Origin: a candidate division CPR3 bacterium GWF2_35_18
GTDB taxonomy: Bacteria > Patescibacteriota > CPR3 > GWF2-35-18
Assembly: GCA_001771135.1 (NCBI GenBank)
Contig: MESW01000008.1
Location: 2,373-66,372, forward strand
DNA: 64,000 nucleotides
Direction: 5' to 3'
Shown here: in pieces, positions 20,405 through 30,011 of the stretch
How the letters are laid out: each line of letters opens with the position of its first letter
How positions within the stretch are numbered: the stretch's first letter is position 1
The notes under the pieces: model-generated
Told to the model about the DNA's origin: nothing
Databases searched by the model: none
Seen by the model: only the letters and a program-made list of their open reading frames with translations
Translations under genes and position numbers: made by a program

Positions 20405-20713
20405 ATGAAATATCATAAACTAGTTCGCGATAAAATTCCGGAGATCATTGAAAAAGCAGGTTTAAAACCCAGAATAAAGACTTTATCTGATAGTGAGTTT
20501 AGTATTGAACTTGAAAAGAAGCTGGAAGAAGAAATGCATGAATATCTTGAAAGTCATGAGCTGGAAGAACTTATTGATATTGAGGAAGTCATTTTGAAGC
20601 TAATTAAAGTTAAAGGTGTTAAAAAAGAAGATTTTGAAAAGTTAAGGGAAAACAAAAAGAAAAAGCGAGGAGCTTTTGATAAAAAGATTTTTCTTATTGA
20701 AACCACTGATTGA
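20405..20713 (+). CDS. MazG-like nucleotide pyrophosphohydrolase-like small protein.
   Basis: 102 aa. N-terminal KLVRDKIPEIIE motif typical of MazG/HisE-like NTP pyrophosphatases. Confidence 0.45.
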   Translation: MKYHKLVRDKIPEIIEKAGLKPRIKTLSDSEFSIELEKKLEEEMHEYLESHELEELIDIEEVILKLIKVKGVKKEDFEKLRENKKKKRGAFDKKIFLIETTD

Positions 20714-20776
20714 CAGTATTTAATTTGGCTTGTAAAATCAGCTTTTAAGACTATTTGCTATTGAAAGGATTATTCT

Positions 20777-21352
20777 ATGACATATTTACCCGTAAATTCA
20801 TTCAAGAACGGTACTTTTTTCAAAGAGAACGGGATGCCTTATGAAGTAATTAAATACGAACACGTCAAAACCGGTCGTGGGAATGCAACGATTCGATTGA
20901 AGGCTCGTAATGTAAAAAAAGGAACGATGATTGAAAAGTCTTTTCCTTCTGGGTCAAAACTTGAAGAAGCCGATATGAACAAGAAAAAGGTTCAATTTCT
21001 ATATGGTGATCCCAAAAGTGGTTATTTTATGGATTTAGAAACCTATGAGCAGTTTGATGTAGATAGAGAAAAGTTAGAAGGGAAGATCGATTACCTCAAA
21101 GAAGGAGAACAAGTTTACCTTCTTGATTTCGAAGGAGAAATAATTGGAGCGGTGATTCCGCTTTCTGTTACCTTAAAAGTTACCGAAGCTGGTCCTTCAG
21201 AAAAAGGAGATTCAACTAGTTCTGTGACTAAACCGGCTACTTTAGAAACCGGAGTTGTGGTTCAAGTCCCAATGTTTATCAAGGTAGGAGATTTAGTCAA
21301 AATTGATACTCGAAACGGTAGCTATTCGGAAAGAGTAACGAACAAAAATTAA
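20777..21352 (+). CDS. efp: Elongation factor P.
   Basis: 191 aa with three OB/KOW-like domains. KTGRGNATIRLKARN is the Lys-loop region. Confidence 0.9.
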   Translation: MTYLPVNSFKNGTFFKENGMPYEVIKYEHVKTGRGNATIRLKARNVKKGTMIEKSFPSGSKLEEADMNKKKVQFLYGDPKSGYFMDLETYEQFDVDREKLEGKIDYLKEGEQVYLLDFEGEIIGAVIPLSVTLKVTEAGPSEKGDSTSSVTKPATLETGVVVQVPMFIKVGDLVKIDTRNGSYSERVTNKN

Positions 21353-21470
21353 TTCTAATTTTTTATTCATTTTGGTGAATACCAGGGTTTTAGCCTATGG
21401 ATGAAACCAAGTGAACGAGCTTGCTTTGAGGAGAAGATACTATGACCTAAGGTCATAATAGTTTATTCTG

Positions 21471-22739
21471 ATGTCATTCGAAAAAACAACTTTCAAAAAC
21501 AATTTACGTCTCTTAACGATTCCCATAGAATCAGTTGATTCTGTAACGGTAGTCGTTTTTGTGAAAGCCGGTGGGAGATATGAGGCGATTGAAAAATCCG
21601 GTCTTTCTCATTATGTTGAACATACAATTTTTAAAGGTACCCTAAAGCGTCCCAGATCAAAAGATATTGCGACCGAGATAGAGCAGGTGGGAGGAATTCA
21701 TAATGCAGCTACCAGTCATGAATTTACCTATTATTATATTAAAGTTCCGGCTGACAAAATAGAGCTTGCTTTTGACATGCTTTCCGATGTAATTTTTAAC
21801 TCACAATTCAAACAGGCGGATTTAGATATGGAAAAGCAGGTGATTTTAGAAGAGATTAATTATTATAATGATTCGCCAATAGATAAAGTTTTTGATTATT
21901 TTATGAACATGTTGTGGCCGGATCATCCCCTGGGAACTGATCTTACTGGAACGAAAGAGCAATTTTTAGGTTTAAAGCGCAAGGATATTTTGAATTATAT
22001 TCATACTTATTACCACCCCAATAATATGCTTTTAGTGGTTTCCGGGAATGTCAAAAAAGATCTTCCAAAGCGATTAACTGAGAAATATTTTTTGAAACAG
22101 AGTATTCCAACAATTCCGTCATATCAAGAAGTTCGTGATTTTCAAACTGCACCGGCTGTTTCCTTACACTACAAAAAAACCGATCAAACTCATTTTTGTT
22201 TAGGAATAAGATCTTTGCCATTAAATCATCCTGATCGATATGTTCTAGAAGTTTTGACTACTGTAATGGGAAAGGGAATGTCCAGTAGGTTGTTTGAAAC
22301 TCTACGGGAGAAAAATGGTCTTTGTTATTATATTCATGCTGGAGTTGAAGCTTTTTCAGATACCGGAATTTGGTTTGTAAATGCTGGAGTTGATAATACC
22401 CGTTTTTATAAAGCCGTAACTTTGATCATGAAAGAGTTGAAAAAGTTAAAAACCGCGCGAGTTTCCAAAAAAGAGCTTCATAAAGCAAAAGAATATATCA
22501 AAGGTAAACTGAAGTTATCCCTGGAAACATCTGAAGCGCAAGCAAGCTTCTACGGCCATCAAGAGCTACTTTCAGAAGAGATTTTGACGGTGAGAGCCGT
22601 GTGTTCTAAAATAGATTCTGTAAGTAATGATGATATTATTAGAGTAGCCAACTCTCTATTTGTAAATAAGAATCTTAATTTGGCAGCAATCGGTCCGGAA
22701 AAAGATGAGAAACAGATTGAGGCTTTGTTAAATTTTTAA
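21471..22739 (+). CDS. M16 family (pitrilysin/insulinase-like) zinc peptidase.
   Basis: HxxEH inverted zinc motif (GLSHYVEHTIFKG). 422 aa. Confidence 0.8.
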   Translation: MSFEKTTFKNNLRLLTIPIESVDSVTVVVFVKAGGRYEAIEKSGLSHYVEHTIFKGTLKRPRSKDIATEIEQVGGIHNAATSHEFTYYYIKVPADKIELAFDMLSDVIFNSQFKQADLDMEKQVILEEINYYNDSPIDKVFDYFMNMLWPDHPLGTDLTGTKEQFLGLKRKDILNYIHTYYHPNNMLLVVSGNVKKDLPKRLTEKYFLKQSIPTIPSYQEVRDFQTAPAVSLHYKKTDQTHFCLGIRSLPLNHPDRYVLEVLTTVMGKGMSSRLFETLREKNGLCYYIHAGVEAFSDTGIWFVNAGVDNTRFYKAVTLIMKELKKLKTARVSKKELHKAKEYIKGKLKLSLETSEAQASFYGHQELLSEEILTVRAVCSKIDSVSNDDIIRVANSLFVNKNLNLAAIGPEKDEKQIEALLNF

Positions 22740-22778
22740 AATATTAGTATTAAAATTTTATTTTTAATTTAAATATTT

Positions 22779-23648
22779 ATGTATCCAATTTTATTACGAT
22801 TTGGTCCTGTTACAATTTATTCTTACGGTCTTTGTCTTGCTTTAGCTTTTTTACTTGGAACCTTTGTTATTTGGCAAGAATCACATCGCAAAGGATTTGA
22901 TGAAGAAAAAGTTTTAGATTTTGTTCTTATTTCCATTTTCGGTTCAATCTTTTTGGGAAGAATCGTCTTTATTATTTTGAATTGGTCACTTTTTGCAAAT
23001 AACGTCCATAAAGTTTTATATTTTTGGGAGATTGGTGGAATTAACGTTTTGGGATTAGCTTTTGGAGCTTTATTAGCGGGTATTTTGTATTTGAAAAAGA
23101 AGCGTTGGCCAGTTTTAATGACTTATGATTTTTTTGTTTTGGGCCTTTTACTTGCCCAGATTCTCGAAAGAATCGGATTTTTCTTGTCTAGCAGTGGTTT
23201 TGGGAAAATGACTAGCTTTTTTCTGGGGGTTCAATTTCCTGGAGAAATTATAAAAAGACATCCAGTTGCTCTCTATGAAGCTTTTTTATTGTTACCGATT
23301 TTCATTTTGTTCTATTTATTATACCGAAAATGTCAAAAGCGAGAAAACTACAAAGAGGGTTTAATTGCAACTCTTTATCTTATTGTTATGGGATTGATGA
23401 CTATAGGGACGGCTTTTCTGACTAAGAATATGAAAGATAAAGAGGCTATTACCTTGACTTTGATTCCAGTAGGCCTGATAATATTATCGAGTTTTGTGAT
23501 CTTTTATATTCGATCGGGTCGTAATTTGAAAAATGATTTGAAACTCTTTTCCAATCTATTTAAACCTAGAAAGAATGTTCAGAATAATGAGGTAGGAATC
23601 GAAAAATTAGTTGAAAGTACTAAAAAGTTAGAAACTGGAGATAAATAA
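22779..23648 (+). CDS. lgt: Prolipoprotein diacylglyceryl transferase.
   Basis: Lgt-like N-terminus (MYPILLRFGPVTIYSYGLCLALAFLLG), multiple TM segments, and a G-x-x-x-G-R-like segment. Confidence 0.75.
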   Translation: MYPILLRFGPVTIYSYGLCLALAFLLGTFVIWQESHRKGFDEEKVLDFVLISIFGSIFLGRIVFIILNWSLFANNVHKVLYFWEIGGINVLGLAFGALLAGILYLKKKRWPVLMTYDFFVLGLLLAQILERIGFFLSSSGFGKMTSFFLGVQFPGEIIKRHPVALYEAFLLLPIFILFYLLYRKCQKRENYKEGLIATLYLIVMGLMTIGTAFLTKNMKDKEAITLTLIPVGLIILSSFVIFYIRSGRNLKNDLKLFSNLFKPRKNVQNNEVGIEKLVESTKKLETGDK

Positions 23649-23651
23649 ATT

Positions 23652-23990
23652 ATGGAAGAAAAATTACAGCAAAAATTAGCAGAATTAGAAGCGGAATTAA
23701 AATCGGTAGAAGCTCAAGATCCCTATAATAGAGATAGCTATGCTGATGAAAATACTCAGGACGATGATGCTGCTGAAAGGGAAGATCATACCAGAGTAAA
23801 TGCTCTAGAGGACAGCCTTAAAGAAAAGATTCAAAAAGTGGAAGCAGCTTTGGATCGTTGTAAAAAGGGTAAATATGGTCTCTGTGTCTCTTGCGGAGCA
23901 AAAATAGACCAAGCTCGTTTAGATATACTGCCGGAAGCAGATCTTTGTATCTCTTGCAGTAATAAAGAACAATCTTTTGAGCTTTCTTAA
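23652..23990 (+). CDS. DksA/TraR family C4-type zinc-finger protein.
   Basis: Coiled-coil N-terminus plus CVSCGAKIDQARLDILPEADLCISC. Confidence 0.7.
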   Translation: MEEKLQQKLAELEAELKSVEAQDPYNRDSYADENTQDDDAAEREDHTRVNALEDSLKEKIQKVEAALDRCKKGKYGLCVSCGAKIDQARLDILPEADLCISCSNKEQSFELS

Positions 23991-24071
23991 ACAGAATTAT
24001 TTGGTATACTCAACTCTCATTTTCTTGTAAACTATAGGAAGTTGAGCATATAATTTAAAAAGGAGAAAAAT

Positions 24072-24455
24072 ATGGTTGAACAAATTAAAAAAATATTAAT
24101 TGTTGAAGATGATGAATTTCTGTCTTCATTATATAAAGAACTTCTTACTGAAGAAGGATATAACGTTGATTTGATGAAAGATGGACAAACTGGTTTAGAT
24201 GCTGCTAAAAAGGGTGGTTACGATCTGATTCTTTTGGATATTATGCTTCCTAAAATGGATGGATTACAAGTTTTGAAAACTCTTGAAGAGAGTAATAATG
24301 AAAAGAATGGTCCGATTGTTATGTTGACTAATTTAGGACAAGACTCAATTGTTCGCGATGCTTTAAAAAATGGAGCATCTGGATTTTTGATCAAATCTTC
24401 CATGACCCCAGATCAGGTTTTACATGAAGTGAGAGTGTTTTTGAATAAAGAATAA
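24072..24455 (+). CDS. Single-domain response regulator (CheY-like receiver).
   Basis: ILIVEDDEF...DLILLDIMLPKMDG...LTNLGQ...K. A phospho-acceptor Asp is conserved. 127 aa with no output domain. Confidence 0.75.
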   Translation: MVEQIKKILIVEDDEFLSSLYKELLTEEGYNVDLMKDGQTGLDAAKKGGYDLILLDIMLPKMDGLQVLKTLEESNNEKNGPIVMLTNLGQDSIVRDALKNGASGFLIKSSMTPDQVLHEVRVFLNKE

Positions 24456-24528
24456 AATTTAGGAAATAATATGAGTAAAGCGCTTTTTCGCTTATGCGAA
24501 AAATAAGTTTAGTTAAAGGAGACGCCTT

Positions 24529-25506
24529 ATGGCGCCTCTTTTTGTAAGGAAGAACATGATTATCAAAGTCGAAGAAGAAAATATTGGTTTACGTTTAGAT
24601 CAGTTTCTTTCGCAAAAAATAGAGCAGTATTCTCGTAATCAGATCAAAAAAAGTATTTTGCAAGGTTTGGTAAAAAAAGAAGGAGAGACATTAGAACCTG
24701 ACTATCATATTCAAGAAAATGATATTTTTACCTTTGAACCACCAATAATTGAAAGTTCTGATTTAAAACCAGAAAAAATTGATTTGGATATTATTTACGA
24801 GGATCAGAAGGTTCTTGTTGTAAATAAAAAAGTGGGAATGGTCATGCACCCAGGAGCAGGAAATTGGGAAGGAACTCTAGCAAATGCTGTCTTGGGACGT
24901 TTGAAGAAGCAAAGTGATATCTTAAAGACTCCACTCCGAGCCGGTATTGTCCATCGTCTTGATAAAGATACTTCTGGAATTGTCGTTGTAGCCAAAGATG
25001 ATCAAACCTTAGAGTTTTTGCAAAGGCAATTTAGAGAAAAGATAACAGTTAAAAAATATTATGCTTTAGTTTTGGGAAAACCAACTTCAGATGAGGGAAT
25101 TATCAACGCTCCAATAGGAAGACATCGTGGATTTCGTAAAAAATTTACGATACTTGAAAATGGTAAAGAAGCAATTACCCATTACAAAGTTTTAGAAACA
25201 TTTTCATCTTTTTCAGTCACGAATGACTCTATATTTATATCATTATTAGAAGTTTCTCCCAAAACAGGTCGAACACATCAGATTAGAGTACACTTATCGA
25301 AATTGGGTTATCCCATATTGGGTGATCAAGTCTATGGTCGAGAGCAAACTAGGATTAGTAAATCGTTGGGAATTAAAAGGCAAATGTTGCATGCTTATTA
25401 TTTAAAAATCAATCTTCCAGAGATAGGTGAAAAGGAATTTCAAATAGAGATTCCTAAAGATATGGAAGAAGTTATTTCCAGGTTCAAAAGTCAAATAAGA
25501 AAATAG
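24529..25506 (+). CDS. RluA-family 23S rRNA pseudouridine synthase (RluD/RluC-like) with an N-terminal S4 domain.
   Basis: HRLDKDTSG catalytic motif, S4-like N-terminus, and an AAAGGAGA RBS. Confidence 0.85.
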   Translation: MAPLFVRKNMIIKVEEENIGLRLDQFLSQKIEQYSRNQIKKSILQGLVKKEGETLEPDYHIQENDIFTFEPPIIESSDLKPEKIDLDIIYEDQKVLVVNKKVGMVMHPGAGNWEGTLANAVLGRLKKQSDILKTPLRAGIVHRLDKDTSGIVVVAKDDQTLEFLQRQFREKITVKKYYALVLGKPTSDEGIINAPIGRHRGFRKKFTILENGKEAITHYKVLETFSSFSVTNDSIFISLLEVSPKTGRTHQIRVHLSKLGYPILGDQVYGREQTRISKSLGIKRQMLHAYYLKINLPEIGEKEFQIEIPKDMEEVISRFKSQIRK

Positions 25507-25629
25507 CTGATATTCCTTTATATCCATTTAACTTCAATCCGCCAACTGGCGGAACAATTTAATATGTTGTTAAATTGGTAGTACTTATTTGCTCTTATTG
25601 CAAATTCAAGAAAGATGAGTATATAAGCT

Positions 25630-25656
25630 TTGACATTTAAGTTTCGACTTTATACA
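25630..25656 (+). promoter_or_regulatory. Putative promoter of the CPA2 antiporter gene. The transcript may be leaderless or have a very short leader.
   Basis: Perfect TTGACA at 25630-25635, TATACA/ATACAC -10 candidates 15-17 nt downstream, and an ATG at 25665 with no Shine-Dalgarno. Confidence 0.3.
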
Positions 25657-25664
25657 CTGTTTAT

Positions 25665-27362
25665 ATGCAATCCATTTTCTTTGAAGTTGGTTTTATTGTT
25701 GTTTTGGCTACTATCTTAGGTGGTTTTGTGAAATATTTACGTCAGCCACTTGTTTTAGCTTATATTCTAACTGGGGTACTTGTAAAAATTTTAGGTTTTT
25801 CAAATGTCGGATCTCCGGAAACACTAAGTTTTTTCTCACACCTTGGAATTGCCTTTTTACTTTTTATAGTTGGATTAGAGCTTAATCCAGATGAGCTTAA
25901 GGAGATGGGAAAAAAGAGTTTATTCTTGGGAATTGGTCAAATAGTAATTACTTTTGGACTTTCATTTATTCTTTGCTTCCTCCTACAGTTTAACTTGATT
26001 TCCAGTTTTTTTATTGCAATTTCTCTTACCTTTTCTTCTACGATAATTGTTGTAAAGCTTTTGATTGAAAAAAATGACTTAACGTCAGTATACGGACGTA
26101 TTGCTGTAGCTATACTTTTAGTTCAGGACCTCGTTGCCGTTTTAGTCCTAGTCTTTTTATCTGGATTAACTGGAGAGGGAATTTCTTTTTGGACATTTTT
26201 TCTTACGATTATTAAAGCAGGGATTTTTTTCACCATAGTTTATCTGTTTTCTAAAGAGGTTTTGGGATATCTTTTTAAACTACTTTCTTCTTCATCAGAG
26301 CTCCTATTTTTAGGAGGTATCGCGTGGTGTTTACTTCTTGCTGCTTTTGCTAATTTTGCTGGTTTTTCTCTGGAAATTGGGGCCTTTTTGGCTGGAATTT
26401 CTCTTGCTTCAACGAAATATAATTTAGAGATTGGAACAAAGATAAAACCTCTCCGTGACTTTTTTATCACGATCTTTTTTGTGGTTTTAGGTCTTGAAAT
26501 TAGCTTTGGGTCATTTTTTGAAGTTTTACCAATGGTCATAATTTTTACTGTTTTCGTGTTATTAATAAAACCGATTATTGTAATGGGAGTTTCCGGATTT
26601 TTAGGATATAAAAATAGAATTTCCTTCCTAACCGGAAATTGTTTGTCACAGATATCTGAATTTTCCTTGATAGTATCGGCTATAGGACTACAAATGGGAC
26701 AGATTAACGAAAAAATTTCTTCAATTATTACCTTTGTTGGAGTTTTTACAATCCTTTTTTCTAGTTATTTAGTCACTTACGACGATAAGATCTATAAAAA
26801 ACTCAAAAAATATTTAACTATTTTCGAAAGGAAGAATGCTAACAATTCTTATAACTTTAACAAAGAAAAAAATTATGAGGATCATATCATATTAATTGGG
26901 TGTCACCGTATGGGACAAGATTTTATCAGTATTTTCGATAAGCTTAAAATTCCTTTTATTGTTTTGGATTTTGATCCGAAGATTATTAAACAGCTATCTA
27001 TGATGGGAGTATATTGTATTTTTGGAGATATTGGAGATCCAGAAATATTAGAAGCATTAAACTTAGGTAAGACTAAAATGGTGATATCTACTGTTCCAAA
27101 TTTTGCTGATAACAGGGCGGTTTTAGAAGAGGTTAAAAGAGTAAATAAAGAAGTTGTCGTTTTTTTAACCGGTTCTCAAATTGACGAAGCTCTTGAGTTT
27201 TATAAACTAGGGGCAGATTATGTAATATTGCCACAGTTACTTGGTGGTCATTTCGTTTCCGCCCAATTAGAGAAACATTGGGGAAAGCTAGAAGACTTGA
27301 AAAAATTGAAAGAACATCATATGGCAGATCTTATTAAAAGAAAATCCATGGGACAGTATTGA
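25665..27362 (+). CDS. Monovalent cation:proton antiporter (CPA2/Kef-type) with a C-terminal RCK/TrkA-N domain.
   Basis: About 12 TM helices followed by a Rossmann-like domain (IILIGCHRMGQDF...DIGDPEILE). Confidence 0.8.
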   Translation: MQSIFFEVGFIVVLATILGGFVKYLRQPLVLAYILTGVLVKILGFSNVGSPETLSFFSHLGIAFLLFIVGLELNPDELKEMGKKSLFLGIGQIVITFGLSFILCFLLQFNLISSFFIAISLTFSSTIIVVKLLIEKNDLTSVYGRIAVAILLVQDLVAVLVLVFLSGLTGEGISFWTFFLTIIKAGIFFTIVYLFSKEVLGYLFKLLSSSSELLFLGGIAWCLLLAAFANFAGFSLEIGAFLAGISLASTKYNLEIGTKIKPLRDFFITIFFVVLGLEISFGSFFEVLPMVIIFTVFVLLIKPIIVMGVSGFLGYKNRISFLTGNCLSQISEFSLIVSAIGLQMGQINEKISSIITFVGVFTILFSSYLVTYDDKIYKKLKKYLTIFERKNANNSYNFNKEKNYEDHIILIGCHRMGQDFISIFDKLKIPFIVLDFDPKIIKQLSMMGVYCIFGDIGDPEILEALNLGKTKMVISTVPNFADNRAVLEEVKRVNKEVVVFLTGSQIDEALEFYKLGADYVILPQLLGGHFVSAQLEKHWGKLEDLKKLKEHHMADLIKRKSMGQY

Positions 27363-27442
27363 AAATTACAGAAACTGGACTTCACATTATTGTAAAAAAC
27401 ACGTATCATTTAAATGATATAATTAGAGTAAAGGAGAAAATC

Positions 27443-27670
27443 ATGTCATATAACGCAAACGATCCCAACCAAAATCGATATTGGAATCAACAGGTTATCC
27501 GTTCTTTACAAGAACAGATTTATGAAATAGAACAGCGAATGCGTACTGATCCAGATCGTTATGATAGAAGTCGCTATGCGGATATTATAAGGAAACTGAA
27601 TGAAGCTATTTATGCTCTTCAAGAAGAAGAATCTTTAGTTGCTGATGAGGCAGCGAAAGAACAGCAGTAG
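27443..27670 (+). CDS. Small hypothetical protein.
   Basis: ATG at 27443 preceded by AAAGGAGA. The ORF-track start at 27359 overlaps the upstream gene and lacks an RBS. 75 aa, charged and helical. Confidence 0.35.
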   Translation: MSYNANDPNQNRYWNQQVIRSLQEQIYEIEQRMRTDPDRYDRSRYADIIRKLNEAIYALQEEESLVADEAAKEQQ

Positions 27671-27707
27671 TTTCAAGTTAGATTAATTATTTAATTGGAG
27701 GTTATTT

Positions 27708-29204
27708 ATGTCGGTTAAAGATGCTATTTTTGCAGGAATGACTATGGGTGAAAAAAATGGAATTCCTTCCTATCGAATGTTTATTGGTGGGCAGTGGGTA
27801 GAATCTACAAACGGAGAAACTTTTGAAGTAGTTTGTCCAGAGAGTAGAGAAGTAGTTTCTTATATTGCCAAAGCTACAATAGATAATGCTAGTAAAGCTA
27901 TGGAAGCGGCTTACTTAGCCCGAAAGGAAATGGAATATCTTTCTCCAGTTAAACGTTCCGAAATTTTGAGGAAAGCGGCTCTTTTATTCCAAGCTCATCA
28001 AGATGAGGTAATAAAAAGAGTGGTTTTAGAAACCGGAAAACCGATTTCCGAAGCTCATCACGAAATTGCTGCTGCTATAAAAAGGTTAGAATATGCTGCT
28101 GAAGAAGCAAAGTCGATAAAGGGTGAAAGTATTCCTGGGGGAACAATATCGGATGCTGGAGTTAAACAAACGGCTTTGTTAACCAGAAAACCATTGGGAA
28201 TAATTTTGGGCATAACCCCTTTTAATTATCCTTGTTTTATTCCTATGAGTAAGATTGCGCCAGCTTTAGCAGCTGGAAACACCATAGTGATTAAACCGGC
28301 TTCTTCTAATCCTTCTCCAGTTTTATATCTGGCGAAGTTTTTACAGGAAGCAGGACTTCCAGATGGTGCAATAAATGTTGTTACTGGTGAAGGTGCAGAA
28401 TTAGGAGATTACCTAAGTACTCATCCTAAGGTAAATATGATTTCATTTACAGGAAGCTCAAAAGTGGGTAATAGAATTGCTCGTTTGGCTGGAAAAGTAC
28501 AACTTCATTTAGAATTGGGGGGGAAATGCCCAGGAATTGTAAGCCAAAAAGCAGATTTAGATTTGGCCGCAAAAGAGTGTGTCAAGGGTGGCCTAAAATT
28601 TTCTGGTCAACGCTGTGATTCTTTAAGCAGGTTTTTAATTGAAGAAAAAGTTTATGATAAATTCGTCGAAAAAGTATTACTTGAAGTTAAGAAATGGAAA
28701 ATTGGAGAGATTTTTGATGAAGAAACCCAAATAGGTCCGCTTATTAATGAATCGGCTTTAATGAAGGTTTTAGATCTTATCGATGATGCGGTTGCTAAGG
28801 GTGCAAAAGTTTCTTTAGGTAAGGAAATTGCGAAAGATAGCCTGTTAATGTCACCAGTTGTTTTGACTGATGTTACTACCAAAATGAGAATTGCTTGGGA
28901 AGAGACTTTTGGTCCAGCACTTTCACTTATTAAAGTCAAAAACTTTGAAGAAGCAATTTCAATTGCGAATATGTCTGAGTACGGGCTTGATTCCTCTGTT
29001 TTCACTCAAGATATCGATGAGGCAATGTATGCTGCTAATCATTTAGAATCTGGGACAGTGCAAATTAATGCAGCCCCAGCACACGGTCTTGGAAATTTTC
29101 CTTTTGGTGGAGATGAGGAGTCAGGAATGGGAAGAGAGGGAATTGGATATTCCGTATATGATATGACTAAAGTACACAGTATTGTTTTTAATCCGAAAAA
29201 ATAA
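27708..29204 (+). CDS. Aldehyde dehydrogenase family protein.
   Basis: ELGGKCP glutamate motif and FSGQRCDSLSRF catalytic-Cys motif. 498 aa. Confidence 0.85.
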   Translation: MSVKDAIFAGMTMGEKNGIPSYRMFIGGQWVESTNGETFEVVCPESREVVSYIAKATIDNASKAMEAAYLARKEMEYLSPVKRSEILRKAALLFQAHQDEVIKRVVLETGKPISEAHHEIAAAIKRLEYAAEEAKSIKGESIPGGTISDAGVKQTALLTRKPLGIILGITPFNYPCFIPMSKIAPALAAGNTIVIKPASSNPSPVLYLAKFLQEAGLPDGAINVVTGEGAELGDYLSTHPKVNMISFTGSSKVGNRIARLAGKVQLHLELGGKCPGIVSQKADLDLAAKECVKGGLKFSGQRCDSLSRFLIEEKVYDKFVEKVLLEVKKWKIGEIFDEETQIGPLINESALMKVLDLIDDAVAKGAKVSLGKEIAKDSLLMSPVVLTDVTTKMRIAWEETFGPALSLIKVKNFEEAISIANMSEYGLDSSVFTQDIDEAMYAANHLESGTVQINAAPAHGLGNFPFGGDEESGMGREGIGYSVYDMTKVHSIVFNPKK

Positions 29205-29231
29205 TTTTAGCGATTTTTAAGGAGTTAATAT

Positions 29232-29999
29232 ATGTTTGATTTAAAAAATAGAAAGGCATTGGTTACTGGAGGTTCGAGGGGTATTGGAAAGGGAATTGCA
29301 ATATCTCTTGCGAAAGCTGGAGCAGATGTTGTTGTTAATTACTACTCCAAAGTGGAAGAAGCAGAAGCTGTTGTGTCAGAAATTAAAAAGTTGGGGAGAC
29401 AATCATATGCCGTAAAAGCGGATGTTTCCATTAGAGAAGAAGTTGTGAAAATGGTTAATGAAATGACCGAAAAATGGGGAGAAATAAACATTTTGATCAA
29501 TAATGCTGGTCTTTTAGGTGCAGCTCCTTTTACGGAAATGACTGAGGAAGAGTGGCAGAGAGTTCTGAATGTGAATGTAAACGGATATTTTCATGTGGCT
29601 CAGGAAGTCGCTAAACAAATGGTTGCACAAAAAAAAGATGGAAGGATAATTAATATTGCTTCTATTGCCTCTGGTCAGATTGGTATCGGAACTCCAATGT
29701 CTGTTCACTATGGTACTAGTAAGGGAGCTATTGTGGCTTTTTCAGAAAGTTTAGCCGGAGAGCTTGCTCCTTATGGAATTAACGTTAATGCAATTGCTCC
29801 AGGACTTATTGAAACCGATATGGTGGCTGGATTTACCTCAAATAAAACAGTCTTAGATTCTTTTATAGCAAGAACACCCAAAAAACGTGCAGGACAACCA
29901 GAAGATATTGGATACGCAGCAGTTTATCTTGCTTCTGATGAAGCCGATTATGTCACGGGAACAGTTCTGTATGTTGACGGTGGATATTTAGCGGTCTAA
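29232..29999 (+). CDS. Short-chain dehydrogenase/reductase (FabG-like).
   Basis: TGGSRGIGKG cofactor motif, NNAG, and S...YxxxK catalytic triad (YGTSK). Confidence 0.85.
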   Translation: MFDLKNRKALVTGGSRGIGKGIAISLAKAGADVVVNYYSKVEEAEAVVSEIKKLGRQSYAVKADVSIREEVVKMVNEMTEKWGEINILINNAGLLGAAPFTEMTEEEWQRVLNVNVNGYFHVAQEVAKQMVAQKKDGRIINIASIASGQIGIGTPMSVHYGTSKGAIVAFSESLAGELAPYGINVNAIAPGLIETDMVAGFTSNKTVLDSFIARTPKKRAGQPEDIGYAAVYLASDEADYVTGTVLYVDGGYLAV

Positions 30000-30011
30000 T
30001 TTTATTTAACC

